From positions 71,982,001 to 72,046,000 of the forward strand of contig NC_043006.1 in assembly GCF_006345805.1 (NCBI RefSeq): DNA of 64,000 nt, in the 5' to 3' direction. A program made the translations under genes and the position numbers. Below, in pieces: positions 27,067 to 42,000 of this stretch (position 1 is the stretch's first letter; each line of letters starts with the position of its first letter). The notes under the pieces are model-generated. The model ran no database searches and had not been told where the DNA came from. It saw only the letters and a list, made by a program, of their open reading frames with translations. This DNA comes from Octopus sinensis. Its lineage: Eukaryota.

Positions 27067-30000
27067 TATACATATGTATTGTTTTGTAGCTTTATGTGAT
27101 GTATGTGTGGTTTATGCCTATGAATGTTGTATGTGTGTGTATTTTACCTCTGCATGTTTGTGTCTTTGTTTTTCTTGTCTGTACTGTGTGTGTTGTACAT
27201 GTAACTTGAACCTGTTATGAACTAGTTTCTGTTTCTCACCACCAGTTTATCTCTGGCTTCAACATTGATATGGAAATGGTTCACGGCGACATGCGACCCC
27301 TTCTCGGCTTGCTCGGTGACTACCGCAACCTCAACTTAAATGTGATACAGCGTCTTACTAGCCTCACCCAACTGTTCCCACACACCTTTAAAGAGAAACT
27401 TCTTGAACAATTATTGGTAAGTTGACACACTGTCTCAGTATATCTTCAATCAATCACGTCACGGCACAAAAGCTAGCATTGATTTACTCTGTCTTTCATT
27501 GCACCATAGAATATAACAGAGCAGTACTTCAACATGGTTAACTATATCTACAATTACATCATAGAGCAGAAGTTGACATTGGTTCTTGATAACTTCCAGT
27601 TATATCACTGAACAAAATCTGACACTAACCCACTTCATGTATGTTTTTTTTCTTTTTTGATAATTCCAACATTTCTTTTTAGACACATCTGAAGAAATTC
27701 ATGGAAGTGGCGATCTCAAACCAAAAAAGTGGTCAACAACGAAATAATGGTCAAGTCTTGTCTCAGGTAAGATTTAAAAGTCAATTTTTGTTGCTCAGTC
27801 CTGATCAGTGAGCACTGTCCTTCCCTTTCTTAAATAGATAGTAGTGTGTGATTTCATTACTTTTTCTAGTGGACCAAGCAGTCACATATGAAGCACCCTT
27901 ATTGCCTAGTTGTAGTAGTAGTAGTTGTTGCATAAGTCTGCTTGATCAGGTCCACCTTGATTGACCATACTTATGGTTAAGACATTCCAGTTATGACCAT
28001 GCCATCTTTTGTCATAAATCAGTCATTTTCATTGCAGGAATTGAAAATTTGTGCTGCCATTATCAACATCTTCCACTTAGTGCCAACTGCAACCCAGAAG
28101 ATTATTGAACCCCTAACGAGACTAATTTTCCAAACAGAAAAGGCCCTATTTATGGAGGTAAGTACACTATTACTTTCTCGTTTGAATATCAGCTGTGGTT
28201 TTAGTGCTACCTTTTTTTTTTTTTAACATTTTTGCATTCTCTTTGGGCTGAAGAAATAGAAGTGAAGTTGCAACAATAATAGAATGGTGGGTGAAATGTC
28301 TTGTAGCAGTTGTGGAAAATCTTCTTAATGAGCTTAAGCATAGCTAGTAACCACAATGTTTTGGAGTTGGTCTTGCTAGGTGATTCCTTAGGCAGATGTC
28401 ATTGCAATAGCCTCAGATGATTGCTAATATCTTGTAAGTCAGATTTGGTTAATGGATTCAGAGTTTCGTCCTCCATCTCCTCATTGCATCTGTCTTGGAG
28501 TCTCACTTCCGACTAAGCTATGCAAAGCATAACGTATGTTGCTGAATGCCCTGCTGTCTATTATATCTATATATTGTGGAGGAATTATCAAATAAAATCT
28601 ATCTGTTTTTCACAGGCTGGCAGTCCATTTAGAGAACCCCTCTTGAAGTTCCTACTTCGTTTCCCAGGACCAACTGTAGAATTGTTCCTCAATGACAACA
28701 CAATTATTGACCAACAATGGACGAGATATTTAGAGGTAAGTTTCTCTTCCATTTCCTTTCCTGTTCCACATATTTCCATTTTTATAGCCATCATTTTTCC
28801 TCCGCTTGTATCAAACTGTTGTTTGGTTAGAGGTGAGGGTCACACCTTTTCATGTTAGTTGGTCTTATTTATTTGTTTTTGAATCATTTATCTTTTACAG
28901 TTTATTGTGAAACATAAAGATGCTCAAGTGATCCGAGATGTAATCATGGCCAACCCAATGAGACTCGTCAACATGGCTCTCAAGAACATTCAGGTATCTT
29001 ATTCCATTACAAAGTCCTTTATTTGAACCCTCCCCAGCCCCGCACACAACCTACTAATGTTGATGTCAAAATCTAATGAACAGTGGATTAGGGACTATTG
29101 AAATTATTATATTACACTAACTATTTGTATCGAACTTTAATACATTTGTTGAGCCTGATGGGTTGTTTGGCTAAATTCAGCCTCAGATGACAATTTGGTT
29201 ATTCTTGTTAACCCTTTCAAGACCAAATTTCTATTGAAATATTGCCTGTATGTTTTAATTAATTTTGAGAGATTTGATAAAATTAAAAATTTCCTTTTTT
29301 GTTGGTGTTTTAAGGAAAACTGAATAATAATAAAAATAAAAAAATTAAGATGGAGTACTTGTCCAGCAAGTGACTTGATTTGAAACTGTGTGCTGAAACT
29401 GAAGCAACTACATGGTGGTAGAGTCATTTAATAACATACTTAGATATGTCATGAGCCCCAAGATTGATAAGGCTGGAGATTAACCCAGTTTCCATAGCAT
29501 ATGACTGGGATTACAATACTGAACAGGACATCAGGTCATCACAGGATTAATTTCCTACTTATTGCTGGAATTCATTTACAGCTGGATGGACCAAAGCAAT
29601 GTAAAGTGAAGTGTTTTACTCAATACAATTTGCTGCCTCATCCAAGAACTGAAACCATAATCTCACCGTTGTGAGTGCAACACTCTAACCACTATGTCAT
29701 TCACAGAGCTGTTAAATTCACTTTAAATTTATTACATAATGTGTCAAAATTTTCATTGCACTACTGTAACCTGGTCACTGACATGGATGAATGTGGACAT
29801 TGTTAAAGGCGCCATATGCCCAGGTGATGGTGTTAAACTGGGCAATGAATTAAACCTACCACCTAAGTAGACCTGGACAGGATTTGAATTTAGAGTGCAA
29901 AGAGACAGAACAAATGCCACAAGACATCCAATCCAATGTTCTTACAGTTCCATCACTCCACCACCCTGGGTATATCCACTCAAAATTCAGTTATCATTAA

Positions 30001-33000
30001 CTGTGGAAAGCAATTATATTCCATGGCTTTGAAAAAAAAACCTCTTCTTATGCTGCAAGAAATGGAGACACCTCCTGTGACACTTTTTATGTTTTTCAGA
30101 TTTTCAAAATATTTTCACATCATCGAACATCTTTTTATAGTATTTTCAGTGGTGGATATGAAAACTATATTTACAGGAGATGCCAAAAAAGTTTTTCAGA
30201 TGCAGAAAATATCATTTCTATTTTTTGAGGGATAATTACCATCATTAAGGGGAATGTCCATGCAATTTAATTATGCTGTCAAAAGGTTAAATACAAACAA
30301 TTTAAAACATTTTCTATCATGGAACTAGAAGTGGATTCATGTGATTTGGTATTGAAAGGGTTTACCAAGAAATGACAGTCTCGAAACACTGTAACACTAT
30401 ATATGGTTTCTTGAATATAGTAATCCCTCGACTATCATCCCAAGGCCCCTCCCCCCATGATAGGTGAAAATCCACGAAGTAGAAACAATGTTGTACCATA
30501 TATATTTTTATAATTTGTATATATTTATTTTATTATAAATGCAAAAGAACACCATGGAGGAATCATAAGCTTAAATAATAAACCGTGATAGATGAACCAT
30601 GATATGGCAAGGGATTACTGTATTGTAAAAGCAATGATTTTTCTTGTTGCTGCTGGTTTTGCAGATTTTTTCTGAGTTCATTCTATATATTTGATATAAG
30701 AACAAGTTGGTCCATAGATTTAATAGATATAAATTGATCTGTATATTTGGATCACACCTGCTTTTGCAATCATTAGTGAAAATATTTTTTCAGATTATAC
30801 ATGTGTTTATAGCCTAATGCAGAATGCATTGGTCCTTAAACTTTAAAATATCAAATCCCCACCACTACTAAAATATTAGTGAAATGTTTTGTCTCTCCTG
30901 CCTTAATGAGGAGACAAAATATTATAGTTGTTTGCATTGCTTTGATTCTTTTTTTCTTTTTTTTTTTACAGAATGCACAAGATACACAACATGCACAAGA
31001 TATCAAAGCAGAAATGCAATTCCAGGCAATAAGGTTGATTAGTCTTTTAGTAGAAATGAATGAAACATGGTTGTCAGACCAAGTCTTAGCTGTAAGTATT
31101 TATTTCTCATTTCTGTACTAGGTTTACATTTGTTTTTAGCAAAAGCCACTGTTGTTTGTCATCTTGTTTTGGCTTTGGATGTTGTCCTCATCTCATTTCA
31201 GCACCAACTATCACAATTATTTCATCTCATAATCTTCATCATTATATTTTAACAATAACTGTTGCCCTCCTCCTCTCCTTCATCATCATTTCATCCTCAC
31301 TGTCCTTTCTTTCTCCCTTCTCTTCCACTCTTTTACCTCTTTCTCCTCAAAAGCCTTTACTGTTTCTTATTTCACCAGTAATTATTGTCTTTCATTTTCA
31401 AAATGCTTTAATCACCTTATAAACACCATTAAGTATTCATCAATCAATTGACATTTCCAATCAATACTATCTATGGACTCTACACTTTAACATCTCTACA
31501 ATTTTTCATTGAGTAACTGTATAAATGTGGTATGATGCGGCTATGTAATGGTGAATATGGTGTGGAGATAAAACTAGATTTGGATGCCTTATCAATTTGT
31601 TAATTAGTGTCTTGCAATCTTGTTAAGTTGAAATTTTGTAAGGGTTGACTTAGCCCTTTATTGCCTCCAGACCTCATTTTGGAGCTGCAGGTTTGGCATT
31701 CTGGTTAAGGATTTCATTTCACAACCATGTGGTTTTTCAGTCCCACTGCATGGTGTACCTTGGGCAAGTATTTTCTGATTTGGTACTGGTTCATCCAGTC
31801 CCATGTGAGTGAATTGGCAGGTAGATACTATATTAAGCTCATTGTGTATGTGTGTGTAAATATACATGAAAGTCAATACTTTGCTTGTTGTCATTATGAG
31901 AAAAGCAGTGTTGATGTTGTCATTATGACTGGCTGCTCTGTGCTTTCAAAAACCCAAGTACCCAAAGAACAAGTTAGGGTCAGCAACAAGAAATGTATTT
32001 ACCTTAAAGTCTTGTTTCAAAATCAATTCCCATCCAAGCCATGCTAGCATGGAAAATTAGACATTAACCCTTTAGTATTCAGATTATTCCGTTAAATGTA
32101 ATTCTTATTTATTCACATTGTTGTTGTTTGTTCCTTCTTGAACCACACCTGGTTCTTAAGGGCCAGTTTCCTGGTTTCATTGGCATATGGCTTCCCCATT
32201 GGATGGGATGCCAGTCCATCACAGGTGAGCAGCAGATGCAGGGGGAAAGAGTGAGAGAAAGTTGTGGCAAAAGAGTCAGCAGAAGTTCGCTGTTACCTTC
32301 TGCTGGAGCCGCATGGAACTTAGGTGTTTCACTCATAAACACACACATTGTCTGGTCTGAAATTTGAACCAGCAATCTCTCGACTCTAACTACTAGGCCA
32401 TGTGCCTCCACTTTATTCACATTGCTTTGAATTAATTGTGCATTACTCCTTAGCTTCAAGATTCTTATGATGGGGTGGTTTAGTTTTAGAATGACATTGT
32501 CGGGTAGGTGTGAGAGGCCAGATCTGGCCACTTTGAACATAAAGCAGGTAGAATATTTTAGTTGGATCTCTCTCCCTGGTACTCCGTCGGTTATGATGAT
32601 GAGGGTTCCAGTTGATCCAATCAATGGAACAGCCTGCTTGTAAAATTAAGTAGCTGAGCACTCCACAGACACGTGTACCTTTAATGTAGTCTTCAGGGAG
32701 ATTCAGCATGACACAGTCAAACCTGGCCCTTTGAAATACAGGTACTACTCAACTTTGCCAGCTGAGTGGACTGGAGCAATGTGAAATGAAGTGACTTGCT
32801 CAAGGACACAATTCTTCGCCAGGAATTGAACTTACAACCTTACAATTGTGAGCCAAGTACCCAACCACTAAACCAATGTACTTTCACTTTGGTTGGATAT
32901 GGTCAGTTTGAATGCTGAAGGGTTAAACAGTTGAATAAATAATTCTGGAGTCTGCTCTTTCCTGATCATGTGTCTAGTCAAAAAATGTCAGCTGTTAGAC

Positions 33001-36000
33001 CACTACGACCTTGTAGGGTAAGACTGGGTTACCTCATCATGACATAATAGTACAGTGGTAATTGTGTTAATAGAAGTGGTGGTAATATCAGGAGGAGTAG
33101 TGTCAGTAGTTCAACATGTTAACTTTACTCCCATTGTGGTTGCTACTGTGAAGCATTTGCATTCATTGACCCAAAGTATCTAACTTGATTTTCGTGTGTA
33201 TGTGTTTCTGTACTCGTTATGTTTATCTGAATTTTGTGTGTATGAGGGTTTTTATTCTTTGTCTGAAACTGGTGTGAGAAAGGGACTTAGAATTACAAAA
33301 TTAAAAAAACATCACATCCTCAGATCAAAGATTTAGACTGAATGTTTGCAACAGACTAAACTTCACTAGAGGTATCTAGGGGCCAGCTCATGGTGATGTT
33401 AAATCAGACAACAAAGAGTACCACCTTTTAGTTATCTGGACCCTACAATCTCATAACTACACTGATATTTTCTGTTAAGTTTACATGTGTATCCAAAATG
33501 TTTAATCCACTCCTATTATTCTTTCTTTAAAAGGTGGCCAAGTTAAGAATGATTTGGACATCAGATAGTTTTCAGGAAAAACATAAAAAAATTGTAAGTA
33601 TTTCAAAACTTCCATTTCTCTTTTATTTCTGAGATTGCTGTTTAGTATTCCACTGAGTATTCCTTAAATACATGGATAACATTCCCTTATCAGGTTTTCT
33701 GATTGTTCTAATTCTTGTTATTCTCTGTCGATTGAGAAAGACACCACCACCACCACCACTCACTCACCTGCAGCCTATAGCCTGTATTCCACAAACTTGA
33801 CAATTATCAAAATGTACAAAACTTCAATAATCATTTACTCAGTAAAATGAAAAACAAATAAAATAATTCAATTTTTTCAAAATCATAGAAATCCATAATA
33901 CTGAATTTTTTTCAGTTTTACAGTGTTAAATGGTTGAGGGATAACTCATCCCCTGGATAGCAGATAGCTCTTTCTGTAGTAGGAATGCAACTTGTACAAC
34001 AAGCCATTGAAATACTCATCGGTTCTAGCTTACTGTGTCTGCTAATTATGCAACACCAAAGTGTCAATTTTTCAGAAGAAGTTGTTGAAATGGTTGTTTG
34101 ACTAGTTAGAAATAACAGCCAAATCTCTCTCAAATCACATCCTACTGTATTATAAGAAAAGGGTGTCCAACTCATGCCAGCATGGAAAAAAGGATGTTAA
34201 ATGATGACAATAGTCCACTTCCCAGCTTACTTTAAAGAGGTTCCATAAGATTGAAACAACTTCTTCCTCCAAATTGAGATAGTACTTTGTTTGTTGTTGC
34301 TTAGCCTCTTGTAACTGATTGAGTAGGTCTTATGATCAAAGACATTCCAGTCTTGACCACCTCATCTTTTTAAGGGTACCTAGGACCACAGTGATATGAG
34401 AGTGATTTAGCTATTGTTTCATGCAGATTGAGCGACCATGTAGAGGATCTTCTGCTGGTTCATGGCAATACTGATGGCTGTTGCAGTGCTGAGTCAAACT
34501 CTTTAAAATGGTTGGCGTTAAGGGCATCCAGCCATAGAAACTGTGCCAAAACAGTTATGGATCTTGATACTGTCCACTGGCTTGTCAGATCCTATTGAAC
34601 CATTGGACTCATGCCAACTTGGAAGCTGGACGTTAAATAATAAATTTAGAAACAGGCTCTTGTAGATTCATTTACTCCTATGTATAACACTACATAAGAA
34701 ATTTTTCATTGAAGCTTCCCGAGTTAAGAATATTCATCAACATACATACCAATATTTATCACTTTTTTATAAAATAAACATTTTATTTCATAAGTAATTT
34801 ACATAAGAATTTTGTTTTATAAATTATTTTATGTAATCATTTTATTTAATAGATATATTATAACATTAGCAGTTTTGTGTAATAGATACTTTATAACCGG
34901 ATTTTTAAAAAGTGATTTTTAAATGTTGTTGGTTTCAGTTTGTATAATAGTTGTGTTTGTTTCCAGGACAATTTGGACTACATTCACTGGCAAGAACCAG
35001 CTCTCTTAGTTCGATGTCTTCTAACATATTTCAAGTAAGTAATCTGCTTCAGTCATGTATAACATTTTTTTTCTCCAGTGTTGGTACAGGTTGGATTAGT
35101 CTGCAGTACAATGTCTCCTTGTGAATTTTTATGCTGTCAGAATCACCATCCATGTGTCTGTCACATGTTGTGTCCATGGTTCTGTCATATTACATCCATG
35201 AGTCATTGATAATTTTCGTGACTGATGGGTGGAAAAAAGCCTGCTCCTAAATACTTACAGCAGTTCAAACTCTGCTAAAGTGCTCCAAATACCAGATAGT
35301 GGTGATAAACCAGTGGACAGATTAATTCTATCACTCAAGAACAGGAACAGTTTCTTGAACAGATTAATTTCCATACAGTTTTGCTGGGAGTGAATTTCAC
35401 TCCTAAGTCCTTGGCTATTCAAGGCTAAGGTAGTAAATACTTGCCCAGCATGCTGTTAAGTGTAATGGAACCTGAAATCACATAGTTATGAAACAAGCAT
35501 CTTAACCACACAGCCATTCATTTTTGAGTCGATTATATAATGACGCTTCTTTTAAAATATTGGTGTCATTGGCATGTAAAAAGCACCCACTACACTCTCT
35601 GATTGGTTGGCATTAGGAAAGGCAACCAACCGTAGAAACCATGCCAAACCAGACTGAGTGCACTCCTCCAGCTTGTCAGTTTCAGTCAAACTGTCCAACC
35701 CATGCCAGCATGGAAAGCAGACGCTAAATGATGATAATGTTGAGTTGTTATTTATTCTACTTGTTCATGTTGGATATGGGATGTTTTGGCACTGACTTAT
35801 TGACATCAGATGTTTTAATGATTTTTCTCATTCTATCCCTTCCTTCCCACTTTCTGCTTATGTATGTGAACTTTATTCTCTTTATGTGTGTGAGGAGGTT
35901 GGGAAAGTGTTCATGTCATTTGTGTTCAGTTAGTAAATTGTAATGTCTCTCTCCTTCATTCTCTCTCCTCACCTCTTCTCTCCCTTCTTTCTCCTCTCTT

Positions 36001-39000
36001 CGCCTCTCACTTCTCTTTCTCTTCCTCTCATGTTTGTGAGCATATTTCTCTATGTGTAGAGAGAAAGTGTTTATGTCAATCATATTCAGTTAATAAACTG
36101 TTGTCTCTCCCTGTTTGTCATCATCATCGTCATCATGTGAGCATATTTCTATGTACATGAAGAGAGGGAAAGTATTTATATCAGTTGTGTTCAATTAATA
36201 AATTGTAATATCTTTCTCTCTCTCTCATTGTCTCTATATATTTCTACATACTTGTGTGTGTGTGTGATAGTCTCCAGTGCCATATACTGAATGTCCAGTC
36301 AGCCATACCAAATTGTCAGCATCCAAACACCTGTGTCCAATCATTTCATTCTGTCAATGCTTATATTTCAGACATCACACCAAGGAAATTGACCTCCTCT
36401 TCCAGATATTAAGATGCTTCATCAACCGGTACATTCCACAGTTTCAGTTTGTAAAGGACTTTCTAGATGATGTTGTTGCTGCGGTTAGTAAATTTTTTAA
36501 TGAAATTTCTCCTCACATCATTAGATAAAGGTAGGGCCTTGTGTCTCTTCAAAACAAATCCAATGTGAAAGCACACCAAGAAGGATCTATGAATTAGTTG
36601 TGTGATACAACATGGTAGAGAGTTCTTTATTTCAGTCATTAAACAAGATGTGGCACCATCTTGAAAGGTTTTAATCAAACAGGTCAACCCCAGTGATTTT
36701 AAGCTATTTTTAAGCCTGATCTCTTTTGCCTCACACACTGGTTGTCAAGCAGTTGGGGTAGGGGAAGAAATACAGGCACAAAGAGATACACATACATATG
36801 TATATGTTGGATAGAGTGTCAGGCTCACAATCATGAGGTAGTGAGTTCGATTCCTGGACCGGGCGTGTGTTGTGTTCTTGAGTAAGACACTTTATTTCCA
36901 CATTACTCCAGTCCACTCAGCAGTAGAAATGAGTTGCGACGTCACTGGTGCCAAGCTGTATTGGTCTTTGCCTTTCCCTTGGATAACATCGGTGGCATGG
37001 AGAGGGGAGGCTGGTATGCATGGGTGACTGCTGGTCTTCTATATACAACTTTGCCCGGACTTGTGCCTTGGAGGGAAACTTTTTAGGTGCTATCCCACGA
37101 TCATACATGATCGGAGGTTGTATGCGCATACGCATATGTGTATGTATGTATGTGTATATATATATATATATATTGAAAAGTTAATCAAGAAGCAGATAAA
37201 GCTATACTAGCCTGGAAATATTGGGTTAAAAACCCCTTTTGGACAGAACAAGCTGAAGGCTGCCTGTCCCAAGGACAGCTTCCAAGATACACCATTCCAA
37301 AAGTTATTTAATATCCTTGAAGTTTCTAGATTTTTATGATGTTACCAATGTACTCTAGGCTTCCACACAGTTTCTGTCTGCTAGATTCACTCACAAGATT
37401 AGCGTAAAATGTGGTTGTCTAAGGTGCCATGGAGTGGGATTGAACCTGAAAGCACATAGCCATGCTTTAATCACCTTATAATTCAGATTCTTGGCTTTTT
37501 ATTTAAAAAGAAATTTGTTTATTTGTTTTATTTTAAAAAATTGTTTCTGTCTTATAATATTCACAGACATATCCTGTAGAATGGAAGCGAGATGCTTTTT
37601 TTAAGTTTGTCGATGTCTTCCATTTGAAGAACTGCCCCCAAGAATTGAAAGCCAAGGTTTGTTCTCATCCTGTTTTTTCTTTTTAAGTATATATGTAGGA
37701 CAATGTGTGTGTTAGTTTATCTATCTCTAAGAACCTCACTGCTACACACACACACGCATGCACACACCATATTTTCCTATCTTTGCTGTCTTTAACCATT
37801 ACACCACCACCTCCATGACCACACCACCAGCTCCTTAAATGTACCAAACTGTTTCATGTATGTCTTGTTCTCATCACTTAACCCATTAGCATTTAAACTG
37901 GCTTTATCTTGCCTAAATTTTCTACCTGTTTTCTGTTCAGACAGGCCTGATCTGGCCTCTCGCACATACCTTTCAATGTCATTCTAAGGATAAACAATCA
38001 CATCATTGAAATCTTGAAGCTATGAGATAATGCATGGTTAATTAAAAACAATGTGAATAAATAAGCATTAGATTTGACAGGGTAATCTGAATGCTAAAGA
38101 GTTGAACATTTAACAAGATGGTGAGTCAGAAATGATGGGTGTAGGTAAGTACTTAGGCATGTATATCTGTATGTGTCTAGGAATGTGTGTCTGGAGTGTA
38201 TGTGGGCATGTGTCCAGATATGTATGTGTGGGTATATATCTGAGTATGTATGTGTGAATATGTTGGTGTATATCTAGGTGTATATGTGTGAGTGCATATG
38301 GGTGTATGTCTAGGAATATGTGCATTTGTGTGTTATTGTGTGTGTGTGGGGGTATGTCTAAGTATGTTTGTGTCTTGGTGCTTGTTGGTATCAATATACA
38401 TGTGTATGTGTGTATCTGTAAGCATAATTCTATGTGTACTTGTGTCTATGGATATGCATGTGTCACTGTAAGCATACTTCTAGATATGTATACAAGGGCA
38501 AATGGTTAGGATATTTGCTGCACAATCATGATGTTGAGTTTGATTTCACTGTGGCATCTCAGTCTACTCTCGTTTACTATAAAGCTTCAAGTTCCCCAGT
38601 AAATATTGATGATGATGATGGTGATGATGCAGTATCCAGGCAAAGAAACACACACACACACACACACACACACACGCGTGCAACTGGCTTGTTTCAGTTT
38701 CTGTCTATCAAATCCATTCATAATGCTTTGGTCAGTCTGGAGCTAGAATAGAAGACATGTGCCCCAGGTGCTACACAGTGAGGCTGAACCTGTGATCCAT
38801 GTGATTGAGAAGGAAACCTATTTAACACAAAGCTGTGCCATGAAGGGCATCCAGCCATTGAAAATCTCCTTCACCAAATTCCGTCTGACCCATACAAGCA
38901 TGCGACAGTGGTCATTCAAATGGTGATGATGTGGCTGAGTATTCCACAGACATGTGTGCCCTTAATGTTATTCTGAGGGTGAATCAGCACAATGCATCAA

Positions 39001-42000
39001 GTAACCAATACATCAAGTAACAAGCATCTAACAGACTCCCATAGTGTTTATCCATCCAGTTTCATTCAGTTGATTAAATTACTGAATATCATTGGCAAAA
39101 CTGACAAAGGTCCATTTACCTATTTACTTTGTGTGGGTGTGTTTAAATAAATGTACACATGCCTACATATGTGTCAGTATTGAAGAACAAATGTTCACAT
39201 GTCTGTGTGTCATTGCTCAGCCACTGATAGTCTCCCTACATATATTAATTCCTTACACTCTGTATAATAATATGTGCATCTTATCTATTTCCAGATCCTG
39301 CAGTACATTATCATTCCCTGTTTCCAACACGCCTTCGAACACGGTGAAGATGAGGCCCTGATAGGGGGACCTCCCAGCCCGGATCAAGATAACTCTGATA
39401 ATGTTATCAGTGTTTTCATTAACCGTGTCATTGATCCAGAGAATCCATTTGGCACCTCCGATGCTGTCAGAATCCTTCTGCTCCAGTTTTCCTCACTACT
39501 TGTTGAACAAGCTTCTCCACACATCCATGATGCTGCTAATAAGTAAGTACACACTCTTTATACCCCTCCCCATCTCTCTCTGTCACTCCCTTGTATGTAT
39601 ATGTGTGTTTCTGTGTATATGAGAAGATCTGCGCTCTACAGTAGAAGTAAGGCTGATCCCCTTGGTGAAGAGAATCAAACTGCAAGAGTTGTGTTCCAGT
39701 GCCATGTAAAAAGCACTCTTGTCGGTGTCACATAATATCACCCAAACTCATATCACCTAAAACTATGGTGCCTCTTAAAAAGTGCTGGTGCAACATAAAG
39801 AACACCCAGTACACTCTGTAAAGTTGTTGGCATTAGGAAGGGCATCCAGTCATAGAAACCCTGCCAAATTAGACTGGAGTCTAATACAGCTCTCCAGCTT
39901 GCCAGCTCTAGTTAAACCATCCAAACCATGCCAGCATGAATAACGGATGTTAAATAATGTTGATGATATATATCATTTCGTTTATCTGGAACTATGCTGT
40001 CCTATACCTCCTTTGTTTTTTAAAATAGTAGCATGTCATTTAAAAGCAATTTAAATGCTAGTTCTAGAAGATTGAGTGATCGAGTGGAGGCTCTCTGATT
40101 GGCTTGTAATAATAGTTGATAGTAACATTAGTTTCTACTATAGGTACAAAGCCTGGAGTTTTTGGGGACAAGGCTAGTTGATTACATCAACTAAAGTATT
40201 GGTGCAATATAAAAAAGCGCCTAGTATACTATTTCTATCTATTTCTACTCTGGACTCCCTTTCCTTTATTGTTATTTATTGCTATCTCTTTGACTCTTTC
40301 TCTCTCCCTCTCTCTTAATTTTCTTCTTTAATTTTGTTTCACTCTGTGTTGTGTATCAGAAAGGTTGATTGTTTGAGGGAGCAAACAAGCAAGTGAGAGA
40401 TGAGTGAAAGAGATTACGAATGAGAAATAGAGAATTACTTGACTATCTCTATCAATTCAACTTTGACTATTCTCTACAGGAAACAGGGCAATAAGTTACG
40501 GCGCCTTATGACATTTGCATGGCCTTCATTGTTGCCCCGCAACTGTGTTGACCCAGCCAACAAATACCATGGACACTTGCTGTTAGCCCATATCATAGCC
40601 AAATTTGCCATTCATAAAAGAATTGTCTTGCAAGTAAGTTTTTAATTTTCTTTTCTTTCAAACAACTCACCTCCACAACACTAATGTTAATAATATGCCT
40701 GTAAGTCAGAAATGAAAGGGATGTGTGTGTGATGAACAGGTGTTAAAGAAAACTGGGGGACAAACAGATAATCTATTTCAATTGTTTCTTGATATTTCAG
40801 GTGTTTCACAGTCTCCTGAAAGCACATGCAGTGGAAGCTCGAGCTGTAGTTCGGCAAGCTCTTGAGATTTTAACACCAGCTTTCCCAGGAAGAATGGAGG
40901 ATGGCAATGTAAGTTGAGCCTCTTTTTTTTTCATTTTTTTTCACTTCTGTCCCTTTTTCAGTGTCTCCTTCTTACTCTCAGTGACTTTTCTTTTGTATTT
41001 TGTCCTGACACAAAGGATTTTTCAGTAGATTCTATTGATCTATGGGTCCAAGAAATGTGGTATGACAAATTTCTCATTTTCGTCCAAGTCTTGCTGCCAT
41101 ACAGTAAGACTTGAACGTAAAGCACTTACTACCCTCTGCTGGATATTTTTTTCCCTTCTAATATAATTCACTTTTTACCCTTCTTTTTGATAATTCTCTC
41201 TCTTCTAATTTCCATTTCTCTGGCTTTTCCAGCCTGCTTTTCCTCTAGTTATTAACCTTGAAAAGTTCAAACAGAACATTTATTCTATAAACTAGAAGTT
41301 TCTTTATTCTTTCACTCACAATCTTGTGCTACAGTACCATGCTATAAAGCAATTCTATGTGGACTTTGTGTGTCTATATTTTTTTTTTCAACAAAAAGTA
41401 TTTAAAGAAATAAGCCACTTGTTTTAGATATATCAATTACTTCGATGTTTCATATATGGAAAACTAGCTTTGTGTATTTTTGTGTGTGTGTTTGTATATC
41501 ATAGGTGCTACCATAGTGATGTGGATATAGTAAGTTTTGTTACCACATGATTTCAAGCTCTACTTCACTGCATGGCATCCTGGGCAGATGCTTTTTATAG
41601 TAACTTCATTCCTACCAATTTCTTGTGAGTGGAAGTGGTAGCTGTTAACTGTATGGAGGCCCTTCATATATTTATTTCTTTATTGCCTACAGGGGGCTAA
41701 ACATAGGGGGGACAAACAAGGATAGACAAAGAGATTAAGTCAATTGAACTTGAACTCAGAACGTAGCGGCAGATGAAATACCACTGAGCATTTCGCCCAG
41801 TGTACTAACGATTCTACCAGCTTGCCGCCTTCATATAGGCATACATGTGTGTATGTGTGAATGTTTATGTTCTGCATCTTTGTGTGATAGGCCTAACATA
41901 GTATCCAATTTCATGCTATCATCTTCTTTAGATGTCTTTAGTGATGTTCATTCTGTTACAGGCATTCCCTCATTCCATTGACTGATCATGTTTTCCCACT

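Noticed and set aside
28994-30971. Possible U12-type intron (donor gtatctt)
   Set aside because: The donor lacks the GTATCCTT consensus. The acceptor has a long polypyrimidine tract, and the only ccttaa-like motif is about 65 nt upstream, so U2-type is more likely.
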